Part shown: in pieces, positions 19,254 to 31,300 of the stretch
Layout of the letters: each line of letters starts with the position of its first letter
Numbering within the stretch: the first letter of the stretch is position 1
Assembly: GCA_963788655.1 (NCBI GenBank)
Contig: CAWBHS010000078.1
Span: 73,583 to 137,582, forward strand
Direction: 5' to 3'
DNA: 64,000 bases
Source: an uncultured Verrucomicrobiae bacterium
GTDB lineage: Bacteria; Verrucomicrobiota; Verrucomicrobiia; Limisphaerales; JAFGQR01
The notes under the pieces: generated by a model
Databases searched by the model: none
What the model saw: only the letters and a program-made list of their open reading frames with translations
What the model was told of the DNA's origin: nothing
Translations under genes and position numbers: made by a program

Positions 19254-22200
19254 TTACGGCTGATTGCGCAGCCGGTAATAGCCGGTGCCCGGGCCCGGCA
19301 GCGTAAGGTTCACCGGACTGGCGTCGCCGCCGTCCACGTCGGTCCAGCCATCCGGGTTGGTAACGTCATCATTTTCTTGGAGCACATAACCCGCACCAAC
19401 CCACGAGATGGTCACCTGATCCGCCGAGCGCTCGATCGTCAACGAAGGCGGCGGATTCGTTGCCACCAGTAGATGACGCGTCATCAGCTCGTTGGCTTTG
19501 GCGGTAACCGCAGCTTCGTCTGGCAGATCGCTCAAGTCGTAAACGGCCAATTCATCAAGGCGCCCCTGGAAACCGTTTGCGTGGGCGGTGTTGGCGGCGC
19601 CGACGACCAGCAAGCTGCTGACCGTGATGCCCCGCGAAAAGGTGTCGCGGACATTGCCGGAAGCCACCCCATCCAACCAGCATTCCAGGCGATCCGCCAC
19701 CCCGTTGATGCCATCGCCGTAAAACACCCACATCACATGGTGCCAGTTACTGTCGTTGAAGGTGGGACCCGCGTCGCTGCGACCCGCAGCCCCACCAAAG
19801 GTTTCCAATTGGTCCGGCTTGAAGTCATAAATAAACGCGGGCGAATTGTCGGGGGCGCCGCCGAAGTTTATCAGATAATTCTGGCGATCTCCGTCATCAG
19901 GCGTGTTCGGTCCCAGGGGCTGCATCCAGAATTCGACGGCCCAAGGGCCTTCCAGTTCGCCCTTGGAAGTCGAAAGCTCGGCAGCCTCGAAGAAATTGCC
20001 ACCGTTGAAATTGGCCGCCAATCCCAGTTGGAGACCGCTGCCAATGACGCTGTGTTCCACGCGTCCGGCCCCATTCGGCACGAGCTCATTCTGAGCATTC
20101 ACCGGAGGTGGCAGCGTAATGGGTGCGAGTTGGAGCGCATTGCCATCGACCTCGTCGAAATTCCAATAAAGGACGGGAGAATCCGCCAACACCGTTTCGG
20201 CGTAACTTAGACCGCCACTGGTCATGGCCGAATTTCGATGGCTGGCCACCATGGCGCTAACTTGCGTTTCGACTTCCTGCTCGGTGACCAGACCGGAGAG
20301 GTCATAAACGGCAAGTTCGTCGAGACGCCCTTCGAATCCGTTCGCCCCATCCGTTGTCGCGGCGCCGACCAGCAGGAGGCTGTTCACGGTAACGCCTGCC
20401 GAATAAGTGTCGCGAACATTGCCGGAAACCACCCCGTCCAACCAGCATTCCAAGCGATTCGCCACCCCCACGGTACCATCACCGTAGAATACCCACATCA
20501 CATGGTGCCAATTGCCGTCGTTGTAGGTCGGGCCCGCCATTGCTCCGACCGGCGGCACCGCCAAAGACTTCCAGTTCATCCGGTTTGAAGTCGTAAATGA
20601 ACGCCGGCGTGTTGTTCGGCGAACCGCCAAAGTTGATCAGGTAATCCGCCCGATTATCGGTGTTCGGTCCCCTTCGCCTGCATCCAGAACTCGACCGCCC
20701 ACGGCGCGCCCACCATGACTCGGCCAGTGCGAAGGGCATTGGCTTGGTAAAAGTTGGCTCCGTTGAAGTCGGCCGCGTTGCCCAGTTTATCCAGGCCGCT
20801 GCCAATCGCGCTGTGACTCACCCGTCCGGCGCCAGCCATCGGAACCAAGTCGTTCTCCGAGGTTACTTGCGGCTGGCCCAGCGTAGCCTGTTGCACGGCG
20901 TTCCCGACATACTCATCAAAGGACCAGTACAGGAATGGATCATCGCGCAGCACTTCAAACGCATAACCAGTCTGGGCGGGCGGTTCGGCTGGTTCAGGGA
21001 CGGTCAGGATCGCATCGTCGCTTTGCTGCACGGCCGCACCGGACGTCAAGCGGACGCTGTACGAACTGGTGCCGATGTCGGCAACCTGTAAGATGTGGGG
21101 TGGTGAAAGAGGGATCGGTGGCCCCGGCAATGGCCAGTCCATTCTTCAACCACTGGTAGTGCAGAGACTCCGGCGGCGCGTTCAAGACGTTGGCCACCAC
21201 GCCGAACGAAGCCGTCGTATGAATCTCCGCCGTGGTATCCGCCGGTTGTTGCGTAATCACAATCTCAATATTCCCGGGATCGCCAAAACCCGCAGCGTAA
21301 TGCGTTGGTGCCATGTCCGAAACCTTGGCCAGCACGTCCGCTTCGGTGCCCAAACCGCTCAGATCGTAAACGGCCAATTCGTCCAGGCGGCCTTCGAAAC
21401 CACCAGCACCGGTGTCCAGTGCGGCGCCAAACAGCAGGCTGTTGTTCAGGATGAGAGAACGGGAAAAGTTGTTTCGAACATCGGGCACTACCGCGCCATC
21501 GATATAGGCATCGACGCGGTCAGCCACGCCGTTGGTGCCATCCCCGTAATAGACCCAGAACACATGGTGCCATTGCGTGTCAGACACATGGGGCCCACTA
21601 CCCGTCCGCCCAAAAACCTGGGCATACATTTCCAGTTCCTCCGGATTGTAATCATAAATGAAGGCGGTGGCGTTGCCGTCGAAGTTGGCGATGTAATCCT
21701 GGCGATCGCCTGCGCCGAGAGTATTGTCGCCCTGGACCTGCATCCAGAACTCCACCGCCCACGGCGGCCCCAGCGAAGAGCGGCCACTATCAAGTTTCAT
21801 CGCCTGGAAGAAGTTGGTGCCGCTCAACTCAGCCGCACCTCCGAGTTCCAAACCGCTGCCAATCGCGCTGTGTTCCGACCCGCATCGCGTCAAACGTTGC
21901 CACCAAATCATTGTTCGCATTGTCCGGCGGCGGAAGGACCACCGGTGCTAACTGGTGCGCGTTGCCATTCGCTTCATCGAAGTTCCAGTAAAGCATCGGT
22001 TCATCCAGGAGTACCACGTCCGAATAGGTGTTGCCGGTGTCAAAGCTACCTTCAAAATAATGATCGACTGCCATTTGTCCCGCCTTCGCCGCCACGGCGG
22101 TTTCATCGGCCAAGCCGCTGAGATCATAGACTGCCACTTCGTCCAAGCGACCTTCAAAGCCATTCGAACCATCCGGCTTGGCCGCCCCAATGCGGACCAC

Positions 22201-22888
22201 GGTCGCGTTAAGCCGCTTGCCAAAGCCGTTGGAGATGTTGTCGCCCACTTGCGTTCCGTCCACATAGGCGTCCACACGCGCGGCAACGCCATCGACCCCG
22301 TTGCCGTAATAGACCAATAGCACGTGGTGCCAGTCCGAATCGGTGATGGCCGGCCCGAGCGTTCCCGTGCGACCGCCGGTGCCCCCGAACAGTTCGAGCA
22401 CGTCCGCATTGAAGTCGTAAATGACCGCCGGCGAGTTGTCGAGGTGTGCCGGCACGGAACCAAAATTGATCAGGTAATCCTGGCGATCGTCGCTGCCGAT
22501 CGTATTCGGACCCTGCGCTTGCATCCAAAACTCAATCGCATACGCGCCCTCCAGGCTGGTTTTCGGCAACAGCAGACTGCCATTCTCAAAGGAGTTGGCG
22601 CCGTTCAAATCCGCGGCGTTACCGAGCTTGGGTAGGCCGCCGATGTCCGCTTGACTGACGCGGGTCGCGCCCCCGACCGGGACCAGGTCGTTTTCGGTGG
22701 TCACCGTCGGCGTGGTCAGGGGCATTTGTTGGACGGCATTGCCCGAAGCCTCGTCGAAGTTCCAATAGAGCATCGGGCTGTCGTTGCTGACGACGGTTGA
22801 GTAATACGTTTGCGCGGGGGCCACGCGGGGAAGGCTGAACGCCAGCAAGCCGGCGGCCGCCAGGAGGGAGTGTACTTTGGATTTTCAT
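19254..22888 (-). CDS. Secreted protein with four LamG/ConA-like modules, an Ig domain and a C-terminal YYR domain (about five frameshifts)
   Basis: Repeated YWNFDE..GNA / WAVEFWMQ / WHHV / GRLDELAVYDLS modules across ORFs 21829..22848, 20994..21920, 20654..21142, 20479..20805 and 19254..20630; Ig motif ITQQP...YQWLKNG. Confidence 0.8.
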
Positions 22889-23130
22889 GATTCGAACGGG
22901 TCTTTGGTTTTACATACGACTGACTGACCGCTGCTGCCTCCTACCTTTGTCACCCACGCCGAGACGATGTAACGGCTCGAGACGGCGGGATGGCTCGGGC
23001 ACGGAAGCACTCCGCCAGCGGAATTAGGCATAAACATTATCACCATTCAACCGCGCGGCGCTATGACGCATTCGCGTCATCTTGGCCGTGTCCATTCGGT
23101 AGCTGGAGCAGCGATGACGCGATTCGGCAC

Positions 23131-23265
23131 GGTAGGACAGGCGTCTCGCCTGTCTCGAATCGCCAAGTGCATCCTCACCTTTTGAGGACTTGGAGCGACT
23201 TCCCACGCCGCGGTGCAAATCGATCGTTGGTAGTCGTTCGAGACAGGCGGGACGCCTGTCCTACT
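23131..23265. repeat. REP-like palindrome, family C (GTAG type)
   Basis: GGTAGGACAGGCGTCTCGCCTGTCTCGAA ... TTCGAGACAGGCGGGACGCCTGTCCTACT. Confidence 0.85.
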
Positions 23266-23278
23266 GAATTGTCACGGA

Positions 23279-25359
23279 TTAGGGAGCCGTTGATTTGGTT
23301 TCGGGATTCACCATGATTTCATCGATGAATAGCCATGCTTTCGCGCCGGCGGCTCGGTGCCAGTCAGGAATGGTGCCGACGTTCGTGGCGCGAATTTGCA
23401 CGAACCGGGCGCGAAGATTCAGATTCGTCGCGGTCAGTGCGCGGACCAATGGCCCTTCTTTGCGCAATGGCACGTCGCTATCGACCTTCTGAACTACCCG
23501 CATGGAATCGAGATGGTCTCCCACTGCAAACTCGACGCGGGTCGGCAGGAAAATACCGGCGGGCACGAATTGTAAAAAGCGCGCTTGTAACTCGGTGATC
23601 CGGATCGGGTGTCCGAAGTCTAGCGTCGCCGTCATATCCTGGCCTTCGAAACCAAGCCAAGCCGGCGAACGATAGTCGTCACCGCCCGTTGCGCCGTCCG
23701 TCAAACTGGCTGGGCCGTGCCGGCCAGGGTAGCGGGGCGAAGGCGGTTGCGCCAAGGTCACGGACGCTCCCCGGCCGGCGTGATGCGCTTTCAACGCTGC
23801 TTCACCTCCTGCCAGGAACCGTCGGTAATCCTCATACAGTTTGACCGACGGCGCGTCGCCCGGCTGGCGCGACATCTCGGGAGCGCTCATTAGACCGGGA
23901 AACTCGTAGTGCAGGATTTTCTCGAAATTTGAAAACCGCGTGAAATCACTGACCAATCCCGCGATAGGACGCGGGTGCAATTCGACGCCGTTGCGAAACA
24001 CAAAGCTCTCCAAGTCCATCCACAGATGACACCCCGCCTGGTCGCACCACGACTGCATCCGCGAGGCCGCCTCTTCCCCGGTCAGATCGCCGGCGGGCAT
24101 GCGATGGAAACCGAATGGACAGATAATGTCCAAGTTCGGCAACAGCTCGCGATACGCTGCTTCCGCACCGCGCAAATGAAAACAATTCGGCGCCAGCATG
24201 ACTGGTTTATCTGGAGCCAATCGATGCACGTGCGCCGTGAATTGCCGAAAGAATTCGACGATCTCCCGCCGTTCCTCGGCACTGCCCAAGCTCCCGTCTT
24301 TCTCCTCGCTGACATACCAGCCATAAAACGAGGGATGATGTCCGTAACGTTCCCAGAGTTCGTCGGCCACCTGCTGGTGCCAGCGGAGCGAACCTGGGCC
24401 GTAGTCAAAAAACGCATACATGCCCACGCCGGGCAGCACATGCATTCCCCATCGGTCGGCTTCGGAGAGAATCGCCTCCAACGGGTCCGCCGAAGCAATG
24501 GGCATGCGGCCGGGGAAGAGTTTGAAGGGTAATAAGCCCGGCCGTGATAACCCCGCGTTTCGATTTGGTGCCGACCGCGATGGGTGAAGTTTTGAAACAT
24601 CATCGTGATCACCAGGATGTCCTGGTCCACCGCATGCATGGCCCGCACCAATTCGGGCCATTGCTGATCGGTCATTCGCGCCAACTCCGCATTGAAGGGC
24701 TTTCCTTCCGCTTCATCATGATGATAAAGGTCCACCCAGGCGCCGCCCAAACGGCGAGGGGACCGAATGGTCGAAGGCAGAATTTTCACCAGTCGTTCGG
24801 TGCGCAGTGTCTGCTCGTCAGCTTTCGCAACCATGATCAAGCGGTGTTGCCCACCCTTGCCCTTGGTTGGCCAACGGAACTTCTTCCCGCTGACACTTTG
24901 GGGTGAAACTTCGATGTCTTCACGATGCAAGGCTGCCTCAGGCTTCTCCTCGTCGAGATAGACGGTCACGGCAAATGTTTTCACTGAATTGCCGTCATTC
25001 CGCACTGCGGTCCGGACATCGAGCACGATTTGCTCGGTCACCGGCGAAGGTGGAATCAACGTCAAGGAGACTCGGGGTGGCTCAGCCGCGCCAGCATCGG
25101 CTAAGCCGTGTTCATGCAATTTTGTTTGGGGAGCGCGTCCGCCTCGGGCGCTACCAACCGGCGCCCTCGCCGGTTGGCCTCGCGCCTGTGCAGTCACTGA
25201 ATAGTAAGTCACTTGGGATGATCGAAAGTGGTTGGCGAGGCGCCAACCACGGCGCCCGGGGCGAGCGCGCTCCCCCTTTGACTGAATTGATACGGCTAAG
25301 GCAATAATGGACAACACTGCCCCCAGAAGAGCAGCACGGGGGAGACGAGTAACGTTCAT
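23279..25359 (-). CDS. DUF4434-like TIM-barrel putative glycoside hydrolase with C-terminal F5/8C-like domain (frameshift near 24525)
   Basis: DPLEAILSEAD..GMHVLPG, YGHHPSFYGWYVSEE, HLWMDLESF. ORFs 24082..25359 and 23279..24661 join at AYYPS/KLFPGRM. ATGA coupling to the upstream gene. Confidence 0.7.
25127..25275. repeat. REP-like palindrome, family A, copy 2 (inside CDS)
   Basis: Arms nearly identical to 984-1135, with a different central spacer. Confidence 0.85.
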
Positions 25360-28067
25360 TTTCGCTCGGGATTCACCAGGATTTCGTCCGCAAAAAGCCA
25401 GGCTCTTCGGCCGGCAGACGAATGCCAGGCAGGTATCTTGTTCATGTTGGCGGCGCGGACCTGCACGTAGCGGGCGCGCACGTTGAGATTCTTGGCGACC
25501 AACAACTCACGAAATGGGCCTGGCTGCTTTTCGTCTGCCGATGGGTTGATGGTTTGAAGAAGTGTCAAGGACTTGGAATTGTCGCCGGCCAGGAATTCCA
25601 CTTTGCGCGGCAGGAAGATTCCCAGGCGAACATTTTGCAGGAAGCTGGCGCGCAATTCCTTTACCTCGATCGGCGCCCCGAGATCAATGGTAGCCAACAG
25701 GTCGTCCGCATGAAAACCGAGCCAGGCCGGATCCTGGTGGTCCATTTGTCCGAGGATGCCGTCCGTCAGCGTGGCCGGGCCTTCGCCGGGATACATTTCC
25801 GAAGGATCGTGGGCCAGCGTGACGGGTTTGCCAACCGCCGCGTGCTTAACCTGCTGCTCGACTTGCGCTGCCAGAACGGAATCAGGAATCATCTCCGGCC
25901 GCAAGCGCGCCAGGTGGCGGCCAATCCGGCTGCCGGCGGTCAGTTCCCAAAACGACGTTTTCATTTGGCGTAGCGCGAGCACGGATGCGATCCAACCCTG
26001 CGTCCAACCGCTTTCGATGGACCACGCGCCCCAGCCCGCATCGGAGTTGCTCGCCCAATAGTCCCACAACCGAAAGTCGAAGGCGCGGAACCATCCCCCG
26101 TCCAGTTCCGGGTGACGTTCAGAGCGGACTTGGATGCGACAGAGAAAATGCGCGAGGCGCTCTTCGGCTTTCGCGTAGAACGGATCACCCGTGGCGGCTG
26201 CGGCTTCGTGCAAGCCGAGGAAGGCGAAATTGGAGGTGTAAAGCAGATCGCAAACGGGATCGCCGTTCTCCTGCAAAAGCGGCGCTTCCCCACTGCCGTA
26301 CGCAGCGTTCGAAGCGGGCGGGCGGCATTGCCCATGCCCCAATTCGCCGATTTCTTCGCGGATGGCGCCGCTGGCATCCTGCAAAGCCAACAGGTCTTCG
26401 GCCACGCGCCGCAGCCAACTGCGGTGCTCGGCCGTATCTTCCAGTCGGATGAGCCACGACAAACAAAGCAACATGCGCGCGCGTTCCTGCTGCAGTCCGT
26501 TGGTCCAGCGCCAGCGGTTCGGGTAGGCGGTCATGGTCAGGCGAATAGCCGACTTGGCGCGTTGGAGGAACAAGTCGAAACCGGTCTTCTGATACGCCCA
26601 GAGGTAGCACGCCCAGAGGTAACTTTCGTAATGCGGGGCGTAGTTCGTAATGCGCCGGTGAAAGTAGTATTCCCAACCATTCTGCGTGAGTTGGGGAACG
26701 TCGATGCGGTCGCCGCGAAAACCGAGCGGACCCGTGGTGCGCAAGTTGGCCAGCAGACAACGCAACATTGCTTCGTCCCAACGATCTTCGCCGAGCAGAG
26801 CGGAGGCGGCCATGGTGCCGAGCAGCAAGCGGGCGTTGTCATCGCCGTAATTGGCCACCAGCCAGGACGGCGTGCCGACGCCCCAGGCGATCAATCCGTA
26901 GGCGCCGTTCTTCGGATCGCCGCGTTCGCCTTTGCGCGCCGGGGAGGTGAAATAGTAGAAGTCGAGCAGGTTGTGAGCGATGTCCGAGTATTGACGATTG
27001 TCCAGCACGTTGCCGCCGAACGCGAAAGCCATCGCGGACTCGGCGTTGCAGTCTCCGCGGATCGAGACGCTTTGTTGTTGGCTCCCATCAGGCTGGATGC
27101 GCGAGAAGAAGCCTTCCAGGAGGCCCAGCGAACCATCGCCAATTGGCGCCTCGGGAGGCGGCACCGGCGCCGTTCCCGCCGAAGCGCGACGCGCAATTTC
27201 ATTGGTCCGCCAGGGGGCGAGCAATAGACGGGATTTCACAAACCAGGCGACGCCACGCCGCAAAGCACTTGCTTCGGTGTTGCTGGGTTGCAATTCGTTT
27301 TGAGCCATTGCCGGTCCGACGGTCGGCTTCCAATGCAGGTCAACTTGGCTTTGCGGCGCCAGCCATTTGAAGATAGAGAGCCAAACGGTTTGCCACGGAG
27401 CCACCGGTTCGAAACGGGCGGTGACGGCTTGACTGAGTTTGGTGGAGGCAACCAGCACCGCACCATGGCCGTCACCCGGTGGCAATTCGAACAGCAGCGG
27501 GAACACCTGTTTGGGTAACCCATAAGGCGCGTGGTCATAGCCGGCCACACGAGCCAGAACCAGATGCGACGAGGACGTGGTCACCGGCAGAAAGGTGCAA
27601 TTTTGCGGAGACAGGATGCGCATTGGGGGCAACGCCGCCCCAAACAGGTCCGAGGTGACAACCCCGCGCTCCAGACCCGCCACTCGCGGCTTGCCCACCG
27701 AGATGCCCGGCAGGAATGCGGGAAACTCAACGTAAAGACGGAGCTTTTTCTTCGCCGCCTGGGTTAAAAGATCGGCGTTGAGTGGTGTGGTTTGGTTCGG
27801 ATAACCATCGGCCAGCAGCAGCAGTCCTGAACCTTCAGTTGCCGCAGCCACGACGGCATCGCTGGTGTCGTAACGCGGCGGCGCCTGGCCAATTTCGGCG
27901 CTCACCGCGCGATAGATGTCGTTGTCCGCACGACAGGCGAAATATAGGTCAGGTGAATTGGCGGCCTGGAGGGAGGTGTTGTAAAACAGAGGATGGCGAT
28001 AGTGATCAACCGAAGAAGGATCGAGCGGACATTCGGACAAATTGACGAGAAGGTGAATCGGATTCAT
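25356..28067 (-). CDS. Uncharacterised large protein, probable alpha/alpha-barrel glycosidase-like domain plus F5/8C-like C-terminus
   Basis: Long ORF with aromatic/acidic helical core (YGDDNAR, DLLYT, WSIESGWT). C-terminal domain is similar to that of the downstream gene. Confidence 0.65.
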   Translation of the reverse strand: MNPIHLLVNLSECPLDPSSVDHYRHPLFYNTSLQAANSPDLYFACRADNDIYRAVSAEIGQAPPRYDTSDAVVAAATEGSGLLLLADGYPNQTTPLNADLLTQAAKKKLRLYVEFPAFLPGISVGKPRVAGLERGVVTSDLFGAALPPMRILSPQNCTFLPVTTSSSHLVLARVAGYDHAPYGLPKQVFPLLFELPPGDGHGAVLVASTKLSQAVTARFEPVAPWQTVWLSIFKWLAPQSQVDLHWKPTVGPAMAQNELQPSNTEASALRRGVAWFVKSRLLLAPWRTNEIARRASAGTAPVPPPEAPIGDGSLGLLEGFFSRIQPDGSQQQSVSIRGDCNAESAMAFAFGGNVLDNRQYSDIAHNLLDFYYFTSPARKGERGDPKNGAYGLIAWGVGTPSWLVANYGDDNARLLLGTMAASALLGEDRWDEAMLRCLLANLRTTGPLGFRGDRIDVPQLTQNGWEYYFHRRITNYAPHYESYLWACYLWAYQKTGFDLFLQRAKSAIRLTMTAYPNRWRWTNGLQQERARMLLCLSWLIRLEDTAEHRSWLRRVAEDLLALQDASGAIREEIGELGHGQCRPPASNAAYGSGEAPLLQENGDPVCDLLYTSNFAFLGLHEAAAATGDPFYAKAEERLAHFLCRIQVRSERHPELDGGWFRAFDFRLWDYWASNSDAGWGAWSIESGWTQGWIASVLALRQMKTSFWELTAGSRIGRHLARLRPEMIPDSVLAAQVEQQVKHAAVGKPVTLAHDPSEMYPGEGPATLTDGILGQMDHQDPAWLGFHADDLLATIDLGAPIEVKELRASFLQNVRLGIFLPRKVEFLAGDNSKSLTLLQTINPSADEKQPGPFRELLVAKNLNVRARYVQVRAANMNKIPAWHSSAGRRAWLFADEILVNPERK

Positions 28068-28150
28068 AGGAATAAGGGCTTTAAGCAATTGATTAATTGG
28101 AAAAAAGTTAGTCACTTGGCAATGCGTTAAATGAAGAGATCATTGGTACA

Positions 28151-28295
28151 TCGCGAAGCGTTTGGAGTGCGCGGAGCTTGCTCCCGCTTTCGTTTGACAC
28201 AGGACGTCCCCTGACCAACACGCCGTCGGTAGCTTTCGACCGCCTCTCCATTCGAAAGCGCCGGCAAGCCGGACGCACTCCAAACGCTGGCGCGA
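28151..28295. repeat. REP-like palindrome, family B, copy 3
   Basis: Shares GCGTTTGGAGTGCGCGGAGCTTGCTCCCGCTTTCGTTTGA with copy 2. Confidence 0.88.
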
Positions 28296-28347
28296 ACTCG
28301 CAATGGCGCCGAACCTCATCAAGCGTCCTTCGTCATTGCGGGGCAAT

Positions 28348-31300
28348 TCATTGCGGAGCAGGAATGACCAGACGATAAAAGCGGTTGGTGTTTCCAAATT
28401 CGTCGGTGGCCTCGAAGACGCGATTGGTTGTCTGCGCGGGAACATTGGTGAGCGATTGCCAGGTGCCGTCCAATGAATTCGCCGCCTCCACAACATAGTT
28501 CCGGTTCGAGACAGCAATGAAGGTGAGCACCGCGCTCCCACCCACGGTCAGCGTGTCAATTTCGAGGTAGCTCAAGGCGTTGGTCGGATTCGTGCCCGCG
28601 ATGTATTCCGCGCGGTTGTTCATGCCGTCCCCGTCCGTGTCGTTGCTGGCATCATTGACGGTGTTGGTGTTGAAGCCGTATTGCGCTTCCCAGACATCCG
28701 GCAAATGGTCGCCGTCGAAATCCGCGAGCACAGTGAGGCTGAACAGCGGGACAAACGTCAGACCCGCGGGATTGGTGATGAAGACGGTAAAGCTGCCGGC
28801 GTCGGTTGGCTGCACATTCGTCAGAGTCAGAACGCATTCGTTGCTTTCCACGTTGATGGTTGCCACGGTCGTCGTTCCGCGCCGCCAGCGATACTCGATT
28901 GGCACGGAAGCGTCGGAGTTCAATACCACTCGCAAGCGGACGTCGTCTCCCTGGAGCACAGTCTGACTTTGCGGGTGTTCCAGAACAACCGGCTTGATCA
29001 AAACCGTCAAGCGGGCCGCCTGACTGATGACGGTGCCGTTGTCGTCGCTCACTTGCACGCTATACCAACCGCTGTCACTGGACCCCAGGCTGTCCACAGT
29101 AAGATCACTGCCAGTGGCGCCGGGGATATCCACTCCATTGAACCGCCACTGATAGGTCAGCGGCCCGGTGCCCAACGCGAAAACGGAGAACGTAACGCTG
29201 CCGCCAGGATTGGCGGATTGGTCGGCAGGTTGCGTGTAGATGACCGGCCCGCGAGTTACTTCAAGCGTTGCCGACACGCTCAGCACTGCACCAGCACCAT
29301 TGAAAACGAGGACCGCGTAATTGCCAGCCTGATTCGGTTTGACTTGCGGCAACGTAAGTGTGGCATTGGTTTCCCTCAACAAGGGCAGGCTGTTGAGTTG
29401 CCATTGGTATTGCAAAGGAGGCGCACCGGTCGCTTCCACGGTGAGGGTTGCAGTGCCGTAAGCGGCTACACTTTGGTTGCTTGGATTCGTCACAATCGCC
29501 GGTGCGTTCCCGGCGGGTATTGCCATGCCGGGTGTCGGCGCCGCTGCCACCCAGTTGGTGGGGTCGCTGCCAAAGGACGTGAGCGAGCGACGGTGCAAGG
29601 AAAGTCCGTTACCATCCGTGGTAGTCGGCCAGGGAGCGGTATCTTGATAGGAAACCGCTTCGACGAGGACAAAAGGAACATTGGTGCCGAGGGAGGATTG
29701 AGGCTTCTCCAATTCAATGGTTTCCCCGGCGTTGTCGAGCCGTCCCTTCCACGGGCCGAGGATCAACGTGTTGGTATCCAAACCGTAGGCGGCGCGAAAC
29801 AATTCGAGTGCCTGCGTATCCACCGCCGGGTCGAAACCGACGACGAGCAGGGAGTTGCTGGGAGCGAGGATCATATTCGGTGGGAAATCAAAATCCACTG
29901 CCTGGTTCAAACGCCAGGTGTTGGGCGGTGCCGCGGGATCAAACAACGGCACATTGGTGGAAGTGATGTTGTGAACTTCAACATATTCGAATTGATCCTC
30001 TGACAACTCGGTGGCGACCAGGTAATCCAAGGTCTGGCCAATCGGGGAATGCAGTTTCAATTGTTCCGCTGCCACCGGATGATACATGATCTCCGAAATG
30101 ACTACCGGTCCGACGCGGGGCGGGGCATTGCTGCCGGGCAGGGTGGGAACGCTTTGGGCCACGAAAAACTCGTCACTCTGGCTGTTGAGGTAGTGGCCAA
30201 AGGAAACATCCCGATCCGCCGCCCCGAAGCGGTATCCCTGCACATAACCGGTGAGATTGGACGCACCCGCGCCGGAAAAGAGCCAGACTTCATCGCCATC
30301 CGATCCCAACGCGAAGCCAGTGCCGCCAGGATTGAAATCCATTTCGGTGAACAACTGGTAACCGCCGGGATCGATCACTGTCGAATCAGGAATGCGAAAC
30401 TTCCGTGGCGTGTTAAGGTCGTCGCTGAGAAACCAACCGCCGACGTCCACGCTCTCCGAAGTGGGATTGAATAACTCGACGGCGTCAAGATTCGGAGGTG
30501 TCGAAGCGGTCATGACTTCGTTGATCAAAATGGGCGGGATGCCGGGCGAGGCGGACTCAGCCGTTCCCGGCGAACCGTCCGGGCTGCCGCTGGGGCGCCA
30601 ATTCGTTCGGTTATTCCAGGCGTCCGGCTCGGCCTGCTCATTCACGACGACCAGGGAAAAGCCTTCGCCGTCGGTCGCGGGATACCAATTGTCATTGTAG
30701 CTGAAGTCGAGAATTTCCTCTCCGCTGCCATCAAGCAGTTGCAGCCGTTCGCCATTGTTGTCCAAGGTTCCGGTGTATTGGCCGGCGACCGGCAATCCCG
30801 CGCCATAACGCTCATTGAAGGCGTCCGGATTCTTCACCACGAGCACCCGGGCCCCCGGCGCAAGACTGGTTACGGCACTGCCGGTGAAATCAAACTCAAG
30901 GCCGTCGGCGAGCCGCAAGCCGCTGAGGTCAAGAGTGGTGTCGGTCGAGATGTTGCGCAGTTCGAGGTATTCAAATTCCTCCGCGCTGTTGGTGTTCCCC
31001 ACGAGCGGTGAGGGATGGTACATAATTTCAGTGACGCGCAAGAACTGCTGGGCCGGACTCGGGTCGGCCGGGTAATTCGTCGTGGTCAGCAAGCGCCCCA
31101 ATCCGTCGTACAATTCCAGCGTCTCACCGCGCGCGGAAAGCTGGCCCTGGAAGTTGCCTTGCACAAAGAGGCCTTCGTCTCCTTTCGGACTGACGGCGCG
31201 ATTGCGAAAGGCGCGCACGTTTCTCGCCACGTATAAACTTCCGCCCGCCGGAATCACGGTGCCGGGCTTAAACGTGAAATCCACGCCCCCCTTCACTGTC

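Noticed and set aside
18937..19306. Cluster of short ORFs (similarly 22990..23316 and 28140..28541)
   Set aside because: Translations of REP arms (RLECA, KAGASSAHSKR, RRDACPT) with no independent coding evidence.
17390..28295. Repeated family B arms as a CRISPR array
   Set aside because: Copies are dispersed inverted doublets kilobases apart, not regularly spaced direct repeats. No cas genes.
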